Both the position numbers and the translations under genes were made by a program. A stretch of 64,000 nucleotides of DNA from Sphyrna mokarran (Eukaryota): positions 54,870,001 to 54,934,000 of the forward strand of contig JAGIQG010000004.1 in the NCBI GenBank assembly GCA_024679065.1, written 5' to 3'. This document shows, one piece after another, positions 25,881 through 39,747 of the stretch (position 1 is the stretch's first letter; each line of letters begins with the position of its first letter). Under the pieces are notes generated by a model that saw nothing but the letters and a program-made list of their open reading frames with translations, made no database searches and was not told the origin of the DNA.

Positions 25881-27199
25881 GACAAGAAGTATCATTATTC
25901 TAAGATTGCCTTAATTTATGCCTCAAAAATAGGGGAACCATTTTCTATACAAGCGCAGTATCAGTCTAAATGTGTGCTGTTATTCTAAATTAACAAGTTT
26001 GCTTGCCAAAGGCTAAACATACTGTGCAGTCTTAATAAAGAGCAAGTTCTTGAATTCACTTTTATATGTCAACTATTCACGCTGGGCAAACTTGCTTTTG
26101 GCGAGTCAGTGAATGATGAATGTATAGAATCAGGCTATTTCAGTAAACGAATTTCCCAAATCCTTTGATCTCAGAAGCTGTGAATAATTGGTTGTTTTTC
26201 TTTTGTTAAACACCAAGAAATATTTTCTGAACCATCTACGTAAGAAGAAATGTCTTACCCCATGAGTTGTCAGGACAATATGCCTGGGATTAAGGGAATT
26301 TATTCCCTTAGAGTATTGTGAATCTTTGGAACATTCTACCTCCGAGAGCAGTGGAGGCTAAGTCATTGAATTGCTGAATTGGACAAAATTCGAACTATCG
26401 GGGAGACAATGGTCGTGGAACAATGTTAGGAACGTGGAACTGAGGTCAAGGTCCATGTTCTTTATTGCATGAAGCAGCAACAGAATTGCATTAAGTTACA
26501 ATGTATAACCTGATGTGTTGGCATATTCCCCACTTTAACAATGCGATCAAGCCACAGAAGCAATCCTGATTCAATGAAGAGTAAAATAAGGCATCCCTGT
26601 TGGGATTAACTTAATGGAACATTGTGCCATACAAACATTAGACTTGGCTGCAGGGGAAAACCATACTGCTCTTCTAGCCTTCTCCATCATTCAAAGCAAT
26701 CAAACTGGTCTGGTGGGAGCCTCAACAGCACGTTCCTATTTGCCCCAACTAAATCTTGACTTGGTCTTGAATAATTCCAGTAATGAAGTCTCTACTGACC
26801 TTTGGGAAGATAATTTCACGAATTAACGTCACTCTGGCAGAAATTTTCTCTTAAAGTGGAGACCTCTCACAATTCTCGTGTGCAATACCACTGACAATAG
26901 CCTCTTGGTGTCTAACAAGTCAAACACCTCTAGGGTCTTATGAATTTCTATAAGACAAACTTTCATCTTTTAATCGCTACTGGGCAGAAGCCGAATTCGT
27001 TTAACCTGTATTCATAGGATAAGTGCTTCATCACAGGAATAAATCTCTAATGTTTCGGATGATGAATGGGGTGCTCGTTAAACTTATTAGATTCAAATGA
27101 ATGGAGTTCTGATTTTTGAGCGTAGTTAAACCTGAACTCGTCCAGGAACGTACTGTCTGCACCATTACATATTTGGCATGTGCTTTTTAGATGGCAGAC

Positions 27200-28120
27200 A
27201 GGATATCTTGCAGCCAGTGTGTGAGAAACACACTTCAAATTTCATAGTTTCTGGCTTGTTTTTTGAGTGTCAACATTTATTTAGTTGTTACCGTTAGGTC
27301 TCAATGCTGAGCCCCAGAATGTTGACGATTTGAGATTCAGCGACGGTAATGCCACTAAGTGCCAAGAGCACATCGTTAAGCTGACTTTTGTTGGACTTGG
27401 TCTTGCTTGATACTCATGTGGTTCGATGTGAAATGTCACTCATCAGCCGAAGAATGTACGCTGTCGAGGTCATTTCGCAAATGGGTACGGATTGCTTCAT
27501 TATCTGAGGAGATGTAAATGGACGTAAATACTTTGCAATCATCAGCGAATATCCCATTGCTACAAATGGATACATACAGAGAGGTGTGAGAAGCAGCTCG
27601 CGCACAGACGCAATTGGGAGTTGTTACCAGACAGCGACGCCCACATCCCTTGAAAGAATGAAAAAAAATGGCGCAAGCAGAATAATTAATGAAGCTACGG
27701 AAATGGTTTTGCCTTGAACTCTGCTTCGCGGAGTTCATGCAGGGAGGCTGGGGGTGATGACTGAGCAGCAATCATTCCTCTCTTTCCTCCATCCAGTTGT
27801 GAGCGACCCCTCTTATTCCTATTGGCCTCAAATTTACCTTGATGTCACACTCGGTCAAGTGCCGTCAGAAGAGCTGTCAAAGTTAGTTACTCTCAAGTGT
27901 CCTCTGAAATTCAGTTTTTTAGTCCAAGTTTGGACAAAGACTGCAATGAGGGCGAGAGCCGAGTGTTCCTCACTGTCTCTAAACTGATCACCATTGAGCA
28001 GAGTATTGCTGAGTAACTGTGGTTTGATTGCACTGCCGATGACAGATTCCGATAAACTGTTGTTTATTAATTATTACAATGATGGAGCGCAATTGGCTGG
28101 ATCGCAATGCACCTGCTGAA
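27200..28120 (-). mobile_element. Degenerate non-LTR LINE RT fragment (CR1-clade, second family)
   Basis: GIFADDCKVFTSI...DLDSVHSSADE RT motif in ORF 27436..27771. Confidence 0.7.
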
Positions 28121-30557
28121 TTCTTATAGGGAGAAGCCGACGGGAAATTCTGCGATGAATCTTTAACGATTCACAGCCCAATGTTGCACTTAACAATTTC
28201 AAGGCTTCTCGACGAGAATCTGCAAATAAACAATTGGTTTGTTGTGAAATAGCATCTTTGTAATTTGGAATGCCTTAGTCCAAAATTTCTTTCTTTCTTA
28301 TTTTAGCACTTTCTCGAAGCAATTCAAGCAGACAAATGCATCCGGTTAAATAGGAAAGATGCACATTGCAGGCAATGCCAAAATTGCTCGCACAGAGTTT
28401 CAGCAGGGCGGATTTCAACGAAGCATGTTTAAGAATGGGGTTGATTAACCCTTCATATTGGCCTGTTTCTAATACTTTTATGTGGTAATAATGAACTGAA
28501 CATCAAATACGTTATAACCCTGGCCACATAGAAAGTGAGAGCTATGGTTAAACAACTACTTCAGAGACACTGAATAATTCCCTGGATGCTAATCAATGGT
28601 TAGTGAAAGCAATTGAAGCAACTCTAGTTACAAAGCCCCGTTTTTTTAAAATCAAAACTTCATTGAGCCTTGCCTAAGTGGTTGCATCACAGTAAAACAC
28701 AATTGAACAAAATGGATAACACAATAACAGTGAATACTCAAAATTGCTGTGAGGTCAAATATGTCTCCTTCGCACCGCCGATATTACTTTAAATTCTGCT
28801 GCCATTTATTGTCTGGAAAGATGATTAGGAGTTTTAAGAAATTCGACACATGGCAGAAGCAAATTACGGAATTTGCATTAATTTTATGGTTCTTTAATAG
28901 GTAGCATACTTGAGTTACTCCCGTGAGGGAAAATAATGAATTTCAACCATGTTGACCCCCACAATTGTGACTACCGTCACAAAAGCAGCATTTTGAGCTC
29001 AAAGACGTCCAAGACCAGATGTGCAGCTTTATGATAATATGAAAGAAGCATCTTGAGAAAGCAGGGTGAGCACGGAAAATATCAAATTCAGAATCAAATA
29101 TCAGACAACGAAAAGCAACACATTTAAATATGCTACTGTCTTTAAAAGATTGAAATTATTTCGACATAAAACTTTACTGTCTGACACACCCTCATCAAAT
29201 ACCCACAGAAAAATGTATTTCGCCAAAAACAATTATAATTGCAATAAATGTTGCCATTCTGTAATCATTTAATATCATTAGACATCTGAATTAATTCCTT
29301 CTGTCCATAGGGACTTGGAAAGATAGGGACGTAGGAAATAAGAGCATGAATAGGCCATATGGTCCTTCAATGCTGTCTTGCATACAATTACATGTTTGTT
29401 CATCAGCTACTTTAACGTCTTTTTCCAGCAATAACCCCACATCACTAAAAAGCCTTAACAAGTAGAAATCCATCGATGCCTGTTTTGAACATTTTCAATG
29501 ACTGTGCATCAATTGCTCTCTTGGAGAAAAAAAACTCTTAAGATTTATCATCCTCTGTGTGAAGAAATTCTTGCTCATCTCATTCTACAATGACTCCGTA
29601 TTCTGAGTCTACTTTATTTTATTGTTAACATTGTTAGTGATAGTGCTTAAATTTTAAAAAATGTGCATTTGCATTGAAACCATATTTTATTTCATTGAGC
29701 ATACAACATATTGGAGAACGACGAGAGCAGCCTGCCACGCAGCGAATCTGGAACAATTAAACAAATATTGTATGCACTTTATTACTATCACCTTGCATAT
29801 TAGTTTCCATGCAATTTTATTCTTTCAGTTAAGCTTCACCCTCCCTCAAGTTGTTTAGGTACTGCTCTGGTTAAACCGTTAAAAATACTAATTATTGGCT
29901 AAATCCAGTGGATTGATACAGGTAAACATTTGTTCAGTTGATTTTTATTACTCTTTCTCAACACTCTTTACTCCAAGGCTGAGCGTCCACGTTAAGCTCA
30001 TCTCTATTTCGTGACAGCTCATACGCCATCTTGTATCATTTGCATTGTGGCACCTCGGTTTCGGACCTTCATTGCAGATGCCTCAGTGGAATGCACCGAC
30101 TTAAACTATTTCATATCAAACGTGTGCAGTCTTAAAATGGAATAACTGTTGAAAAATGAAGGAAGAATTTTAATATTTAGCCCAACATACGGAAAACTTT
30201 GCACAAATTCTGACACAATCAACTAATTAAAATGCCATATGCCACTTACATATTGAATGCACTCAATGATGAGAAGTATCCCAGGTCTTCGCTGTATTTT
30301 GATGCAAAGGATGAATTCCAAATCGCTTTACAATTTGCAAATACATCTGCAAAGTGAACAAAAACTGGACATTAAAAAATAAACTCTTCGTAAAATTGCA
30401 AATTACAACGAAATATTTCAACAATGTAAATTTATAGAGCAATGAGCGGGCTAGAAATTCATTACTGAAAACCAAACAGCATAATATTTACTACTTTTGT
30501 TAGACGAGGGATTTCTGTTATTTTGATTTGAATGTTGCAACATCAGGAAGAGAACTT

Positions 30558-31840
30558 GATTTTTGATTTGATTTGAATTATTATTGTCACATGTATTAGT
30601 ATACAGCATGAAGTATTATTACTTACCCTTATATAGACAAAACAAAGAATAAACAAAAGAAATACTTAGATGGGCACATGAACAGAATGGGAATGGAGGG
30701 GTATAGAAAACTGATTTAAAATAGGGATCATGAGCCTTGGGAGTCCCTGGGAAGTGTGTAAATAGATGATAATATTGATGTACTTGTTTTTATCCTACAG
30801 GTGCTTTGGTCCACCTTGTTGTCTAACAAGGGGCATACACGCGATGGGTCGTGAGAGGGCTGCTCTTGGACATTTTTCGAGAGTATCCTACTGCTTCACA
30901 TCGTTAGTGTATGCTTGACCTGGACCATCTGATGAGCAACACGACAGCGCAGTGACTATCGCTGTGCTGTGCAGATACATGGATTTGGGCCTGTGTCTGT
31001 GGGAGTTTGCGCATTCTCCCCTTGCTTGCGTGGGTTTTCTCCGGGAGCTCCGGTTTCCTCCCACATCCCAAAGATGTGCTCTTAGGCTAATTGGCAAAAC
31101 AAATTCTCCCTAAATTGTCTCAAATTTGGTTTTTAATCCATAGATCTATAAACATGGACAGGGATCGCGTGTAGAAGTGGGAACATCGAGGTGGCGGCGC
31201 CGCCGTGTTGAATATCGTTGGGCCGAAGGGCCTGTTTCCCATGCTGTTTTGTTCTTTGGTCTTTGTTCTTTATATCGTATATATCGATGGCAAGTGCAGA
31301 ATATATTGTTACAGGCAGAGCTACAGTTTAAAAAGTATCATCTCAATGTGAGGTAAATCCATTCAAAGTCTGATGGCAGCAGGGAAGAAACTGCTTTTGA
31401 ATCGGTTGTTATCCGATTTCAGACTTTTGTATCTTTTCCAGATGGAAGATAGTGGAAGACAGTCCAGTCTGTCCGGGGTGTGTGGGGTCCTTGATTATGC
31501 CGGCTGCTTTTCCGAGGCAGCGGGAAGCGTTGACAGAACAAAGTCAGAGGGCAAGAATCCTGCAGCGAGTAACTCGCCTACTGACAATCCAAAGCGTGTT
31601 CGTCATCATAAGGTACAAGCCAGGAGTGTGACGCAATAATCACTACTTGCCTAATGTGTGCATCATGTCAATGGATAGGAGGCTTGTTTGCGCCATGGAC
31701 TGGGCTTCACTCACATCCTTTGTAGTTTGTTGTAGTTTTTGGACAGGGCAGGAGCCATACCAAGCCGAGATACAACCAAAAAGAACGCTATGTATGGTGC
31801 ATCTGCAGAAGTTGGTGAGAGTTGTAGCGAATATGCCAAC
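30558..31840 (-). mobile_element. Rex-Babar-type LINE 3' fragment, interrupted by a CR1/SINE chimera
   Basis: TLTNFCRCTIHSVLFGCISAWYGSC peptide; the tail tgtgacaataa...(aaatc)n lies at 30558-30610; possible aacttg target-site duplication. Confidence 0.75.
30658..31270 (+). mobile_element. 3' end of the CR1/SINE chimera (same subfamily as 41523-44640)
   Basis: Reverse complement of 41523-42125, including the end of CR1 ORF2 (aaatacttagatgggcacatg). Confidence 0.85.
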
Positions 31841-33012
31841 TTGTACGGTTGCATTCATCTCATTGAGTCTGTTTCAGTAATAGCGCAATGTTTTCCAGTG
31901 TGATTAAAACGACTGCGCTGGGGTAATTAAATATTAAATCATGTTTACCGTCCTTTTTGCTTACATTTCTTGTCAGGAAGATTCGGCTGCTTTTAATATT
32001 AAGTAATTGTAACATTCACTGCCAAAATATGCCATGTATCATAAACCATGACCTAGCCATGGGTAAATTTGCCGTACGTCAAGTGATATTAGTCACAAAA
32101 AAGTGATACCCTACTTTGAAAAGAGGAGGAAGCATCTTCGTAAGAGAAAACGTACGCCTCTCCGATTGTGCAATAGATAAGGCGCGAACCTATTGTTTTC
32201 CACAAAGAGTAGCTGTAAATGCAGGTGGCTATCTTTTTTTTTACCGCCAGATTCACAGTAATCTCATTGCATTGTTACTATAAGCCCAGTTGTGAAACAA
32301 ATAATAATTTTTAAAAACTCCATCCAACGAATGCTGCACGGCATCGCAAGAGGCAAATCTAATAAACTGAAGTCAATTTAAAACTTAAAACGCCATTGAC
32401 AAGAAACACCATTTACTAACAAATTACTTTGTGATGTGATAAATGTGAAAACTGGCGTAAACCCACCCATGATGCATAGAATTGCAGTAAAAATCCACTA
32501 TTGTCGACGCACTGGAATGAGGAATGGGGAGATGATCAGGATTGTTAATCAGAATTGTTATTCCAGTGATGTCTCTACACAGTGAGATTTCGATCACACC
32601 CGACCCTAAGTACTCAGGATTAAAGGTTTGCACATGTTGTACTCCAACAGGAAGTAAAATGTCTTTGATGAAGTGCGGCAGGGCCGCTTGCGGCCTGCAT
32701 CGTTATTTTCCGGATTGAATGAAGCGTCGATATACTTGAGTTGACAAAGAAAATTATTGGAACAGGTTTCCAGAAAGTGACTGAAAAACATTATTCTTCA
32801 AGAGACAGATTTTCGGCTGGTATTACGGTCAGCTTCTACTTCGCAGATAGGCGCAGAGAAATGTAAACGCACTCAATACGCTGTTTAGTCATGTCATCTC
32901 GCGTGTCATGGTCACATGTTTCATATATTTAACCATAAAATCTATTTGTCATGCAAACTATTGTGGATATCATTCTCATTGGCGGCGAATAGACAAGTAA
33001 CGCATTTGCAAC

Positions 33013-33067
33013 ATGTCGATACAAATTACGGTTCACTATATGACTCTTCTGGGCATGTTTTGGCCAG
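33013..33067 (+). CDS. VJ-C1-TM Ig-superfamily receptor gene 2, leader exon (MSIQITVHYMTLLGMFWP/A)
   Basis: ATG plus 18 codons plus 1 nt, then donor CAG|GTAT. Homologous to 6882-6936. Confidence 0.8.
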
Positions 33068-33250
33068 GTATATTTAGTGATTAGATGCTGCCGGTTTCGG
33101 AACAACAAAATTTAAAATACTCTACAGCTGTTACCCACTGTAAAATTGGGTACTGTACTTCTCTAATTCGAGTGCTTGTTTTTATAATTTACTTCTCTCA
33201 GTTATTTTTCTTTATCTGTTACATCACCGCCTTTGTTCCTTTCCTGACAG

Positions 33251-33556
33251 CCACCGGAGTAACTTGGAACAAAGTAGTTCAGTTCCCTAAATACTTGAAG
33301 GTGAGCAGAGGCGAGAATGCTTCCATGTTCTGCAAATTTCCCATATCTCAAGATGTGCCCGATGTTCGTTGGTGGAGGCGTGGAGAGAAATCCTTTCTCG
33401 AACCGGACAGCAGAAAGCGATTTGATGCGAATAAGGGAAGTAGTTCGCTTGAATTCCTGAATGTGACTTTCGCAGATTCCGGAGTGTATTACTGTAAAGT
33501 AAAATATCCAGAAAAATCTAACGAAACTGGAACTGGTACCCAGCTTACTGTGTACG
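33251..33556 (+). CDS. Gene 2 V-type domain exon with germline-joined J-like segment
   Basis: Acceptor ttcctgacag|CC, donor G|GTAGGT, 306 nt. Motifs VSRGENASMFC, W, ADSGVYYC, GTGTQLTV. Confidence 0.92.
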
Positions 33557-33719
33557 GTAGGTGTAATTGTAAAAGGGAGGATTTTAGTTCAGCGTCATTT
33601 ATGCAATTTGATCTTTTTTTAACATTGGAAGAAAAGGAATTGCGGGAATTCCTTTTACAGAAAAGTGGATTGTCCTCCATTGACTTCGATGCATAGTGGA
33701 TGTATTAGTTCGAATAAAA

Positions 33720-33940
33720 ACAAATGATTGCACATGCTGGAAGCTGAAGCAAAAACAGAAAATGCTGGAGAATCTCAGCAGGTCTGATACCCTGCGTAGA
33801 TAGAGAACAGAACCAAAGTTTTAAATCTGGATGGCCTGTTCTGACGAACAGTCATCAAGTCTCGAAACTTTAGCTCTGTCCTCGCTCCACAGACGAATTC
33901 AAAGCTATTAAGATTTTCCAAGAATTTCTGTTTTTGTTAT
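33720..33940. mobile_element. Palindromic Penelope-derived repeat with hammerhead-like core (gene 2 intron 2)
   Basis: Imperfect inverted arms (aaaaacagaaaatgctggagaatctc...gattttccaagaatttctgttttt) around CTGACGA-acagtcatcaagtctc-GAAAC. Confidence 0.55.
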
Positions 33941-36641
33941 TTTAAATTCGAAATTATGTAATGGAAAAACGCGAAATAAAAAGACAACATTTTGGAAAAG
34001 GTCAGCAGACCAAGGAGCCTATATGGGGAGTTAAAAACGCTTTCATTGTCCATTATGAAAATCGATCTGAAAGTTTAGCTCAGTTTCTCTACACAGATGT
34101 TCCCTTAACTGCTGAACATTCTCTGTACTTTCAGTTTGTATTGGAGATTTCCCGCCTATGCAGTATTTTGTGTTGATGGTTGAATTGGATTTGTGTCTGG
34201 TTTCTTCGTGTCCCACAATTTAACAATTGAACCAGCTTAAACACCTCACGGGTCAAATCTTTTTCAAATTTTTAAGATCGGTTTATTAATCTGAAGAAGG
34301 AAGGAATATTCGCTGTGCGCTCAGTAACACCCGCGGTTGGAACTGCGAGGAGTAACAAATCAAAATGAGCCCAAAATGGAGGTGATGACAAAGAGAAAGA
34401 CGTTTTCGGTGAAAGTCAGTCCATTCATCCACTCATTCATTTTGTTGTAGATTGCCGTTCCCAAATCTTCTCTGTACCGAGTTTGTTGAGCTAAATTAGG
34501 AGGTGAAAATCAATTGGGATTCTTACTCCTCACTCTCCCGTTTTAAGTTGAACAATTTGGTAATATTTATAAGGGACTAGGCTATAGCAAAATTCTACCC
34601 AAAGGTTAGAAGCGTTGCGTTATTTTGCCAGTTACCTTAAATCGGTCTTCTGGTTATCGACTCTTGTCCCACTGAGAATACTTTCTCCTTATTGACTTCA
34701 TCAAAACTGATCAGAACTTCCAAAGTCGCTATCCAGCCTCCTCTAAACATTATTACGTTTAAATAGAACAACCTTAGCTTATTCAGTCTCTGCATATAAT
34801 TCAAGTCCTTTCACCCCCCTAGTAAAAATCCAACATTCTCAATGCTTTCATAATAAACTCCGGTACCCAAATACAACGACGAATTTTCCTCAAACCAAAC
34901 CCTTTTTTTCCCACTAATTGCTCGAAATTGCCGATGTAACACTTTCTATACCCCTGTGCCCGAAATTTGTGACGGACAGGGTTTTGTTTTTCGTGTCAAT
35001 CCTATGTCCGCAGTTCATACTTAGTACATGTGTCCATTTATATGTTTCACATTCAGACTTTTTCATGAACCGGATTCTACAACCCAGTGAAAGGAAGGAT
35101 TTTGCCTTCAATGCTGGATTCCACTCCGGATTCTAGACTATGGAGGACAGTAAAGATGCCCGATGCTTTTGTTTGAACCTCTTGGGTACGCCACCGGAAT
35201 TTCCAATTATATTGTTATAACTGATAAAGCGGAGGCTGGATATCACCGAACATTCATATAAACATATGAGATCACTTTTAGTAATTCATGATTCCCATGT
35301 ACACGTTCCATGCCCGTTTATGGACGAAAAGGGAATAGTTTACGTTAGAGTGTCATTGCTTTTTCTTAATTGGTCGGCGCAACATCGAAGGCCGAAGGAC
35401 CTGTTCTGCGCTGTAATGTTCTATGTTCTATGCCCAGACGAAAGTTGGGGTAGGAGATCTAGAGAACATTGGTTTCTTTCTCCCCAGCAGGTAAAAACAA
35501 GCCCATAGGAAGAGAATTGAAGAATTCTGAGTCTTTGCTGGAATAACAGCCAACATAATAGTTAATGTTAATAATATCTGTAAATTATTAATTTTCCACT
35601 ACTACAATGTCGCAAAAGTAGACTCATGAGTAAAATACATCAAGTAGGTTGATTATAATAAATAAATCTATGTAAACGTAATAACAAACTTTACAGTGTG
35701 GATGGAATAGGCAGACTAATGGAGGGTTTCGCATCAGAAGGTGATAAATTTGGACTGCTCGAAGGAAACTCTTCTCGAGGCAAAATGCGTTCAACTGACC
35801 GAATAACGCTACGCAAACGCCAGGAATTAACGACTCACAAAGCAAAATACTGCGGATGCTGGAAATCTGAAATGAAAACTTAGTGAGACTATTGTGTTTA
35901 CTCAGCATTTTTTGTTTTCATCCCTGGAATTAACCTTTAGGTTGTTTGTCCTACTCAGTTTCAGTCATCCGTATGGGTATGATGATCTGTGTAGATATAT
36001 ATAATTCTCAAAATTAAATCTTTCCTGGTTTACAAATCACTCTAACCTTTATTCCAGCCTCGAGAAATATCCTTTAATGAAGATGCAAGATTTGAAACCT
36101 TCAGCATAGACAGTACCTTGTCTGGAGTCGATTTAGATATCTGAGATTTTTTGATTACACGCACATTTTGATTTTACACATTAACCTAAAAATTAAACCA
36201 ACTAAATATTCGAAGTGGGCCATTTTTCAAATCATTACACTTTATTACGTCAATGATTCTTTAAAGAAACAAAAACCGTAGTAGAACCCAATGTTTGTGC
36301 AGACTGGTTGGTGCTCCCTTTCTGATATATTCAGGCCGAAATCTCACTCGAGGTCACTGCTGTCGCACAGAATTCCGCGCCAGCGTCTGCTGCTTTATTT
36401 ACGAACTGTGACACTTTCTTCGCTGTTGTTATTAATTCTGGGAGATTGGTCACCTTTGTGTATCGCTTGCTAAACATCCGGCATTTTTGCTGAACATCAG
36501 ATAGCATTCTATGCAATACATGCACGTCAGAAATTTCAAAAGTACGATAACTATTATCACAGTAAGAGTCTAAGAGCGCATGGAGGTTAGCCACTGAGAA
36601 TATTCTCCTCTTAATTCAGTTCTTTTTCACCCTGTTAAAAG

Positions 36642-36938
36642 TTCCTCCAACACCACTGAAAATTGTTCGGATTGAAGAGAATTCAGCGACTTCTCTAAGA
36701 TTCGAGTGCAAAACGGCTGCATTTTACCCGGAGGATTTAAAAATCTCCTGGCGCAGAGATGGTATGGAAATTCTGGCCGGAATTGAAACTGTGAGAAACG
36801 AGACAGTGGATGGTCTTTTTGAGGTCTCCAGTTCTTTGGAAGAAGCACAGCCTCTCCAGAACAGAGTCGTTTATAAATGTCTGGCATCTCATATCTCCCT
36901 GAAGGTGCCCGCCAGTGTCAGCTACCCGGTCAATCGAG
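36642..36938 (+). CDS. Gene 2 C1-set Ig domain exon
   Basis: Acceptor ctgttaaaag|TT, donor G|GTAAG, 297 nt. VPPTPLK...CKTAAFYPEDLKISW...YKCLASHISL; 79/99 aa identical to gene 1 by hand count. Confidence 0.93.
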
Positions 36939-38192
36939 GTAAGATACGAAACATTTACTGCAGCAACTGGGGGGAAGTGCTCCAAACTGTAGTTATTTAT
37001 TAGATATGGAGGTGCAACTGTTAAATATTGGAAATACGAGTTGAGTGTGGACTTAATTGCGATGTCACATCAATGAAAATGATTAAAATAATTGAGATAG
37101 TCGTTGAAGAAGGAAGAATTTGTCCCTGAAAAGGTCTGAAACGGGAAGTTGATGTGCGAAGTGTTCGGAAGTGAAAGTTTATTTCTCACCAAATTCTTGC
37201 CAAATGAATTGAACTTACAAATGAAATGGTTTTAGTATGGTCATTTTTAATTCGGACAGACCCTGTGCGCAACTTTAGCCAACATCGTTTCAGGGCATTT
37301 CCTCTATAATCAAGATACTTTTGACCATTACTAACCTGTTTCTCTTTTATCCAAACATTAAACTTCGGAAACATCTTCTTTCATCTGGTTTTACTTCATT
37401 CCCTGAATTCGCTTGTTCTTTAATTTTTTGAAAATAGTGAAGCACGAAGAATTATTTCTAATGCAGCCCTGGAGACAATTTCAGTTTTGGCCCTTTACTC
37501 CAATGAACTATTGTTCATTAGACTGTGGGTAAGAGAATAACAGTGCAAATATAGAGCAATTGGTACATTGTGCCTGTATTAGTGACAGCGTGTCTGCCAT
37601 GCAAGGAGCCGACCCGACCTACCAAGATGAATATCAGAATACCTAAACTATGCGTCGTCATGATTAAGTTAGCTGATCACAGACTGATCACCAGAGAGCT
37701 ACATTTTCATCGATCAGGACAGTGTTGGGTGTCCAACTTGTAGTGTCCCAAGTTATTATTATAGAGCTATACTTCCGTGGTTTTTCTACCGAGCCAAATA
37801 TGTGTTGGATTTTTTTTTTGCATTGTTTATTGGCATTGCTGATAAGCTACCGGAGAGAACAAAGCAAACACATTCTGACTGAAAATATACATCATTGTCC
37901 TTTGAGATTTGAAGAAAAGCCAATAGCCAGAAGAATGGCTCTGGCACTGAGCAACAAGCTCTCTCCGAAAGTGGAATGTGCTATGCTCACACGTTCACTA
38001 GATTCTCAGTGTGGGGATTGTATTTTAAGGTTATTATCGTACGTTAATTCACGCTGGCAATATAATATTGGGTCCCAAGTTTACAGTAGCAATTTATGGA
38101 TCCTTTCATTTATCGAAGCCAGTGATACTTGCTTCCATTCGACAATGCTGATATAAACAATTATGTGTATATATTTTAATATTTCATTCTAG

Positions 38193-38296
38193 AGTACAGT
38201 TTCCGCAATGTGATGATTTCACGGCATGTTCTCGGTTTTCTGATAATCCTTGGACTGCTGGGCATTATTGTGAACCATGTGACACGTTTCAATTGA
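38193..38296 (+). CDS. Gene 2 transmembrane exon (EYSFRNVMISRHVLGFLIILGLLGIIVNHVTRFN*)
   Basis: Acceptor tttcattctag|AG, TGA at 38294-38296, donor AG|GTAAG at 38299. The exon is 106 nt, as in gene 1. Confidence 0.85.
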
Positions 38297-39300
38297 AGGT
38301 AAGAGAACGGCTTAATTCCGTAAATCACGTAGAAAGTTGATTTCTACGAAGATAACATTGGTGGATTCGAAATGGCCAAGTCAAGTAATAAATTCCGAAC
38401 GTCAATTTTGAGTTTTGGCTTAGTTTTAGCTGCTTTTATCAAAAAAGAGTTTGGTTTCAACCTCTCACTTTAGAAAAATGAGCACAAAGTATTTCAGAGC
38501 AGCACTACCGGAAGTTTGGTCTTCGTTCAATCGTTTAAATAGTGTACCGCCTGCTCTGTCCGGTCACCGCAATGACTTCATGAAACATTTCCATAACTGG
38601 GTATCGTAATGCTCGCTGATCTCCAGATCAGTATTTGGCTTTTAATCTTCTTCACTGAAACCGACGTCCTGAATAAATATCTGGAGAAGAATATAATGTT
38701 GATTTCCGTCCAGTTCTCTCTGAAAACACAGGCCGTGTAATCTATTCCAGAGGATATCCAAACATACATCTCCTAATGTATTTATCTCCGTGAGATGCCC
38801 AAGCGTTGCATACGTCCTTATTAAGAGTCAAGAGGTAATTATTTAAGTTTGCTGGAAACCCGAAATGAAAACTTATGCAAGCTATGGCTGGAATCCAAAG
38901 CCTTTTGGTTAACATTAAGGCGTCGCATCAAGCCCATGATTGAGTACAATGTCTTATCTTGTCAGTTTGGACTTTCGTTGCCTCTCTTGTAGGGACCATA
39001 ACTGGAAACAATTGAAATTTGAATCTAGTTTTTGGAGCATGAAAAGGAAGAATTCTGGTTTTCAGGGTCCACTCTGCGCATTGGATTTCTAACTTTATGG
39101 AGAAAAAAAATAAAAAAATAAATCGGTGCATACCAGTGAGTGCAGACAGTTTGAATATGTCAACTCAGATTTATATCTGTATTTGTTATAGAGCTGTATT
39201 TGTGTTTAGATATTATTCTATATCCAATGAGTGAAAGTCCATCTTGGGTAATCAGGACTTTCCATTTATCTTTTCTATAAAAGAGATGTAACACATAATT

Positions 39301-39351
39301 ACACACAACACACACACACACGCACGCACGCACACACACGCACACACACAC
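39301..39351. repeat. (CA)n/(CACG)n microsatellite
   Basis: Direct inspection. Confidence 0.95.
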
Positions 39352-39747
39352 AAGAATCAAACAGAATTGACAAATGAAAATGAAAACATAAACGCAAGTT
39401 GAGGACGCTGATGGCTTTGCAATATTGGAAATAGTGACATATTTTTCTGAAGTAAGCTTGCCCTGGCCCTGACTGTATTTATGGCATGGATATTTTAATA
39501 ATTGTCATTGAATTACAACGAAAGGATATTTTTGGAGACAGTTCCTTTAAGTTTCATATTGATCCAGTTGAATGCGCACCTGTGAGTCTAGAAATATAAA
39601 TGCCGTGCTGAATATCCTTGCGGATCTTTGGATATTGAGGCTGACAGGATTAAATGGGATCTGTGTGTGGATATAAAATAGAAAAGGCTAACTAAAATAA
39701 AGTGCATTGTTTCGAAAACACTTTTCAATTTTGTTTTTAATAACCAG

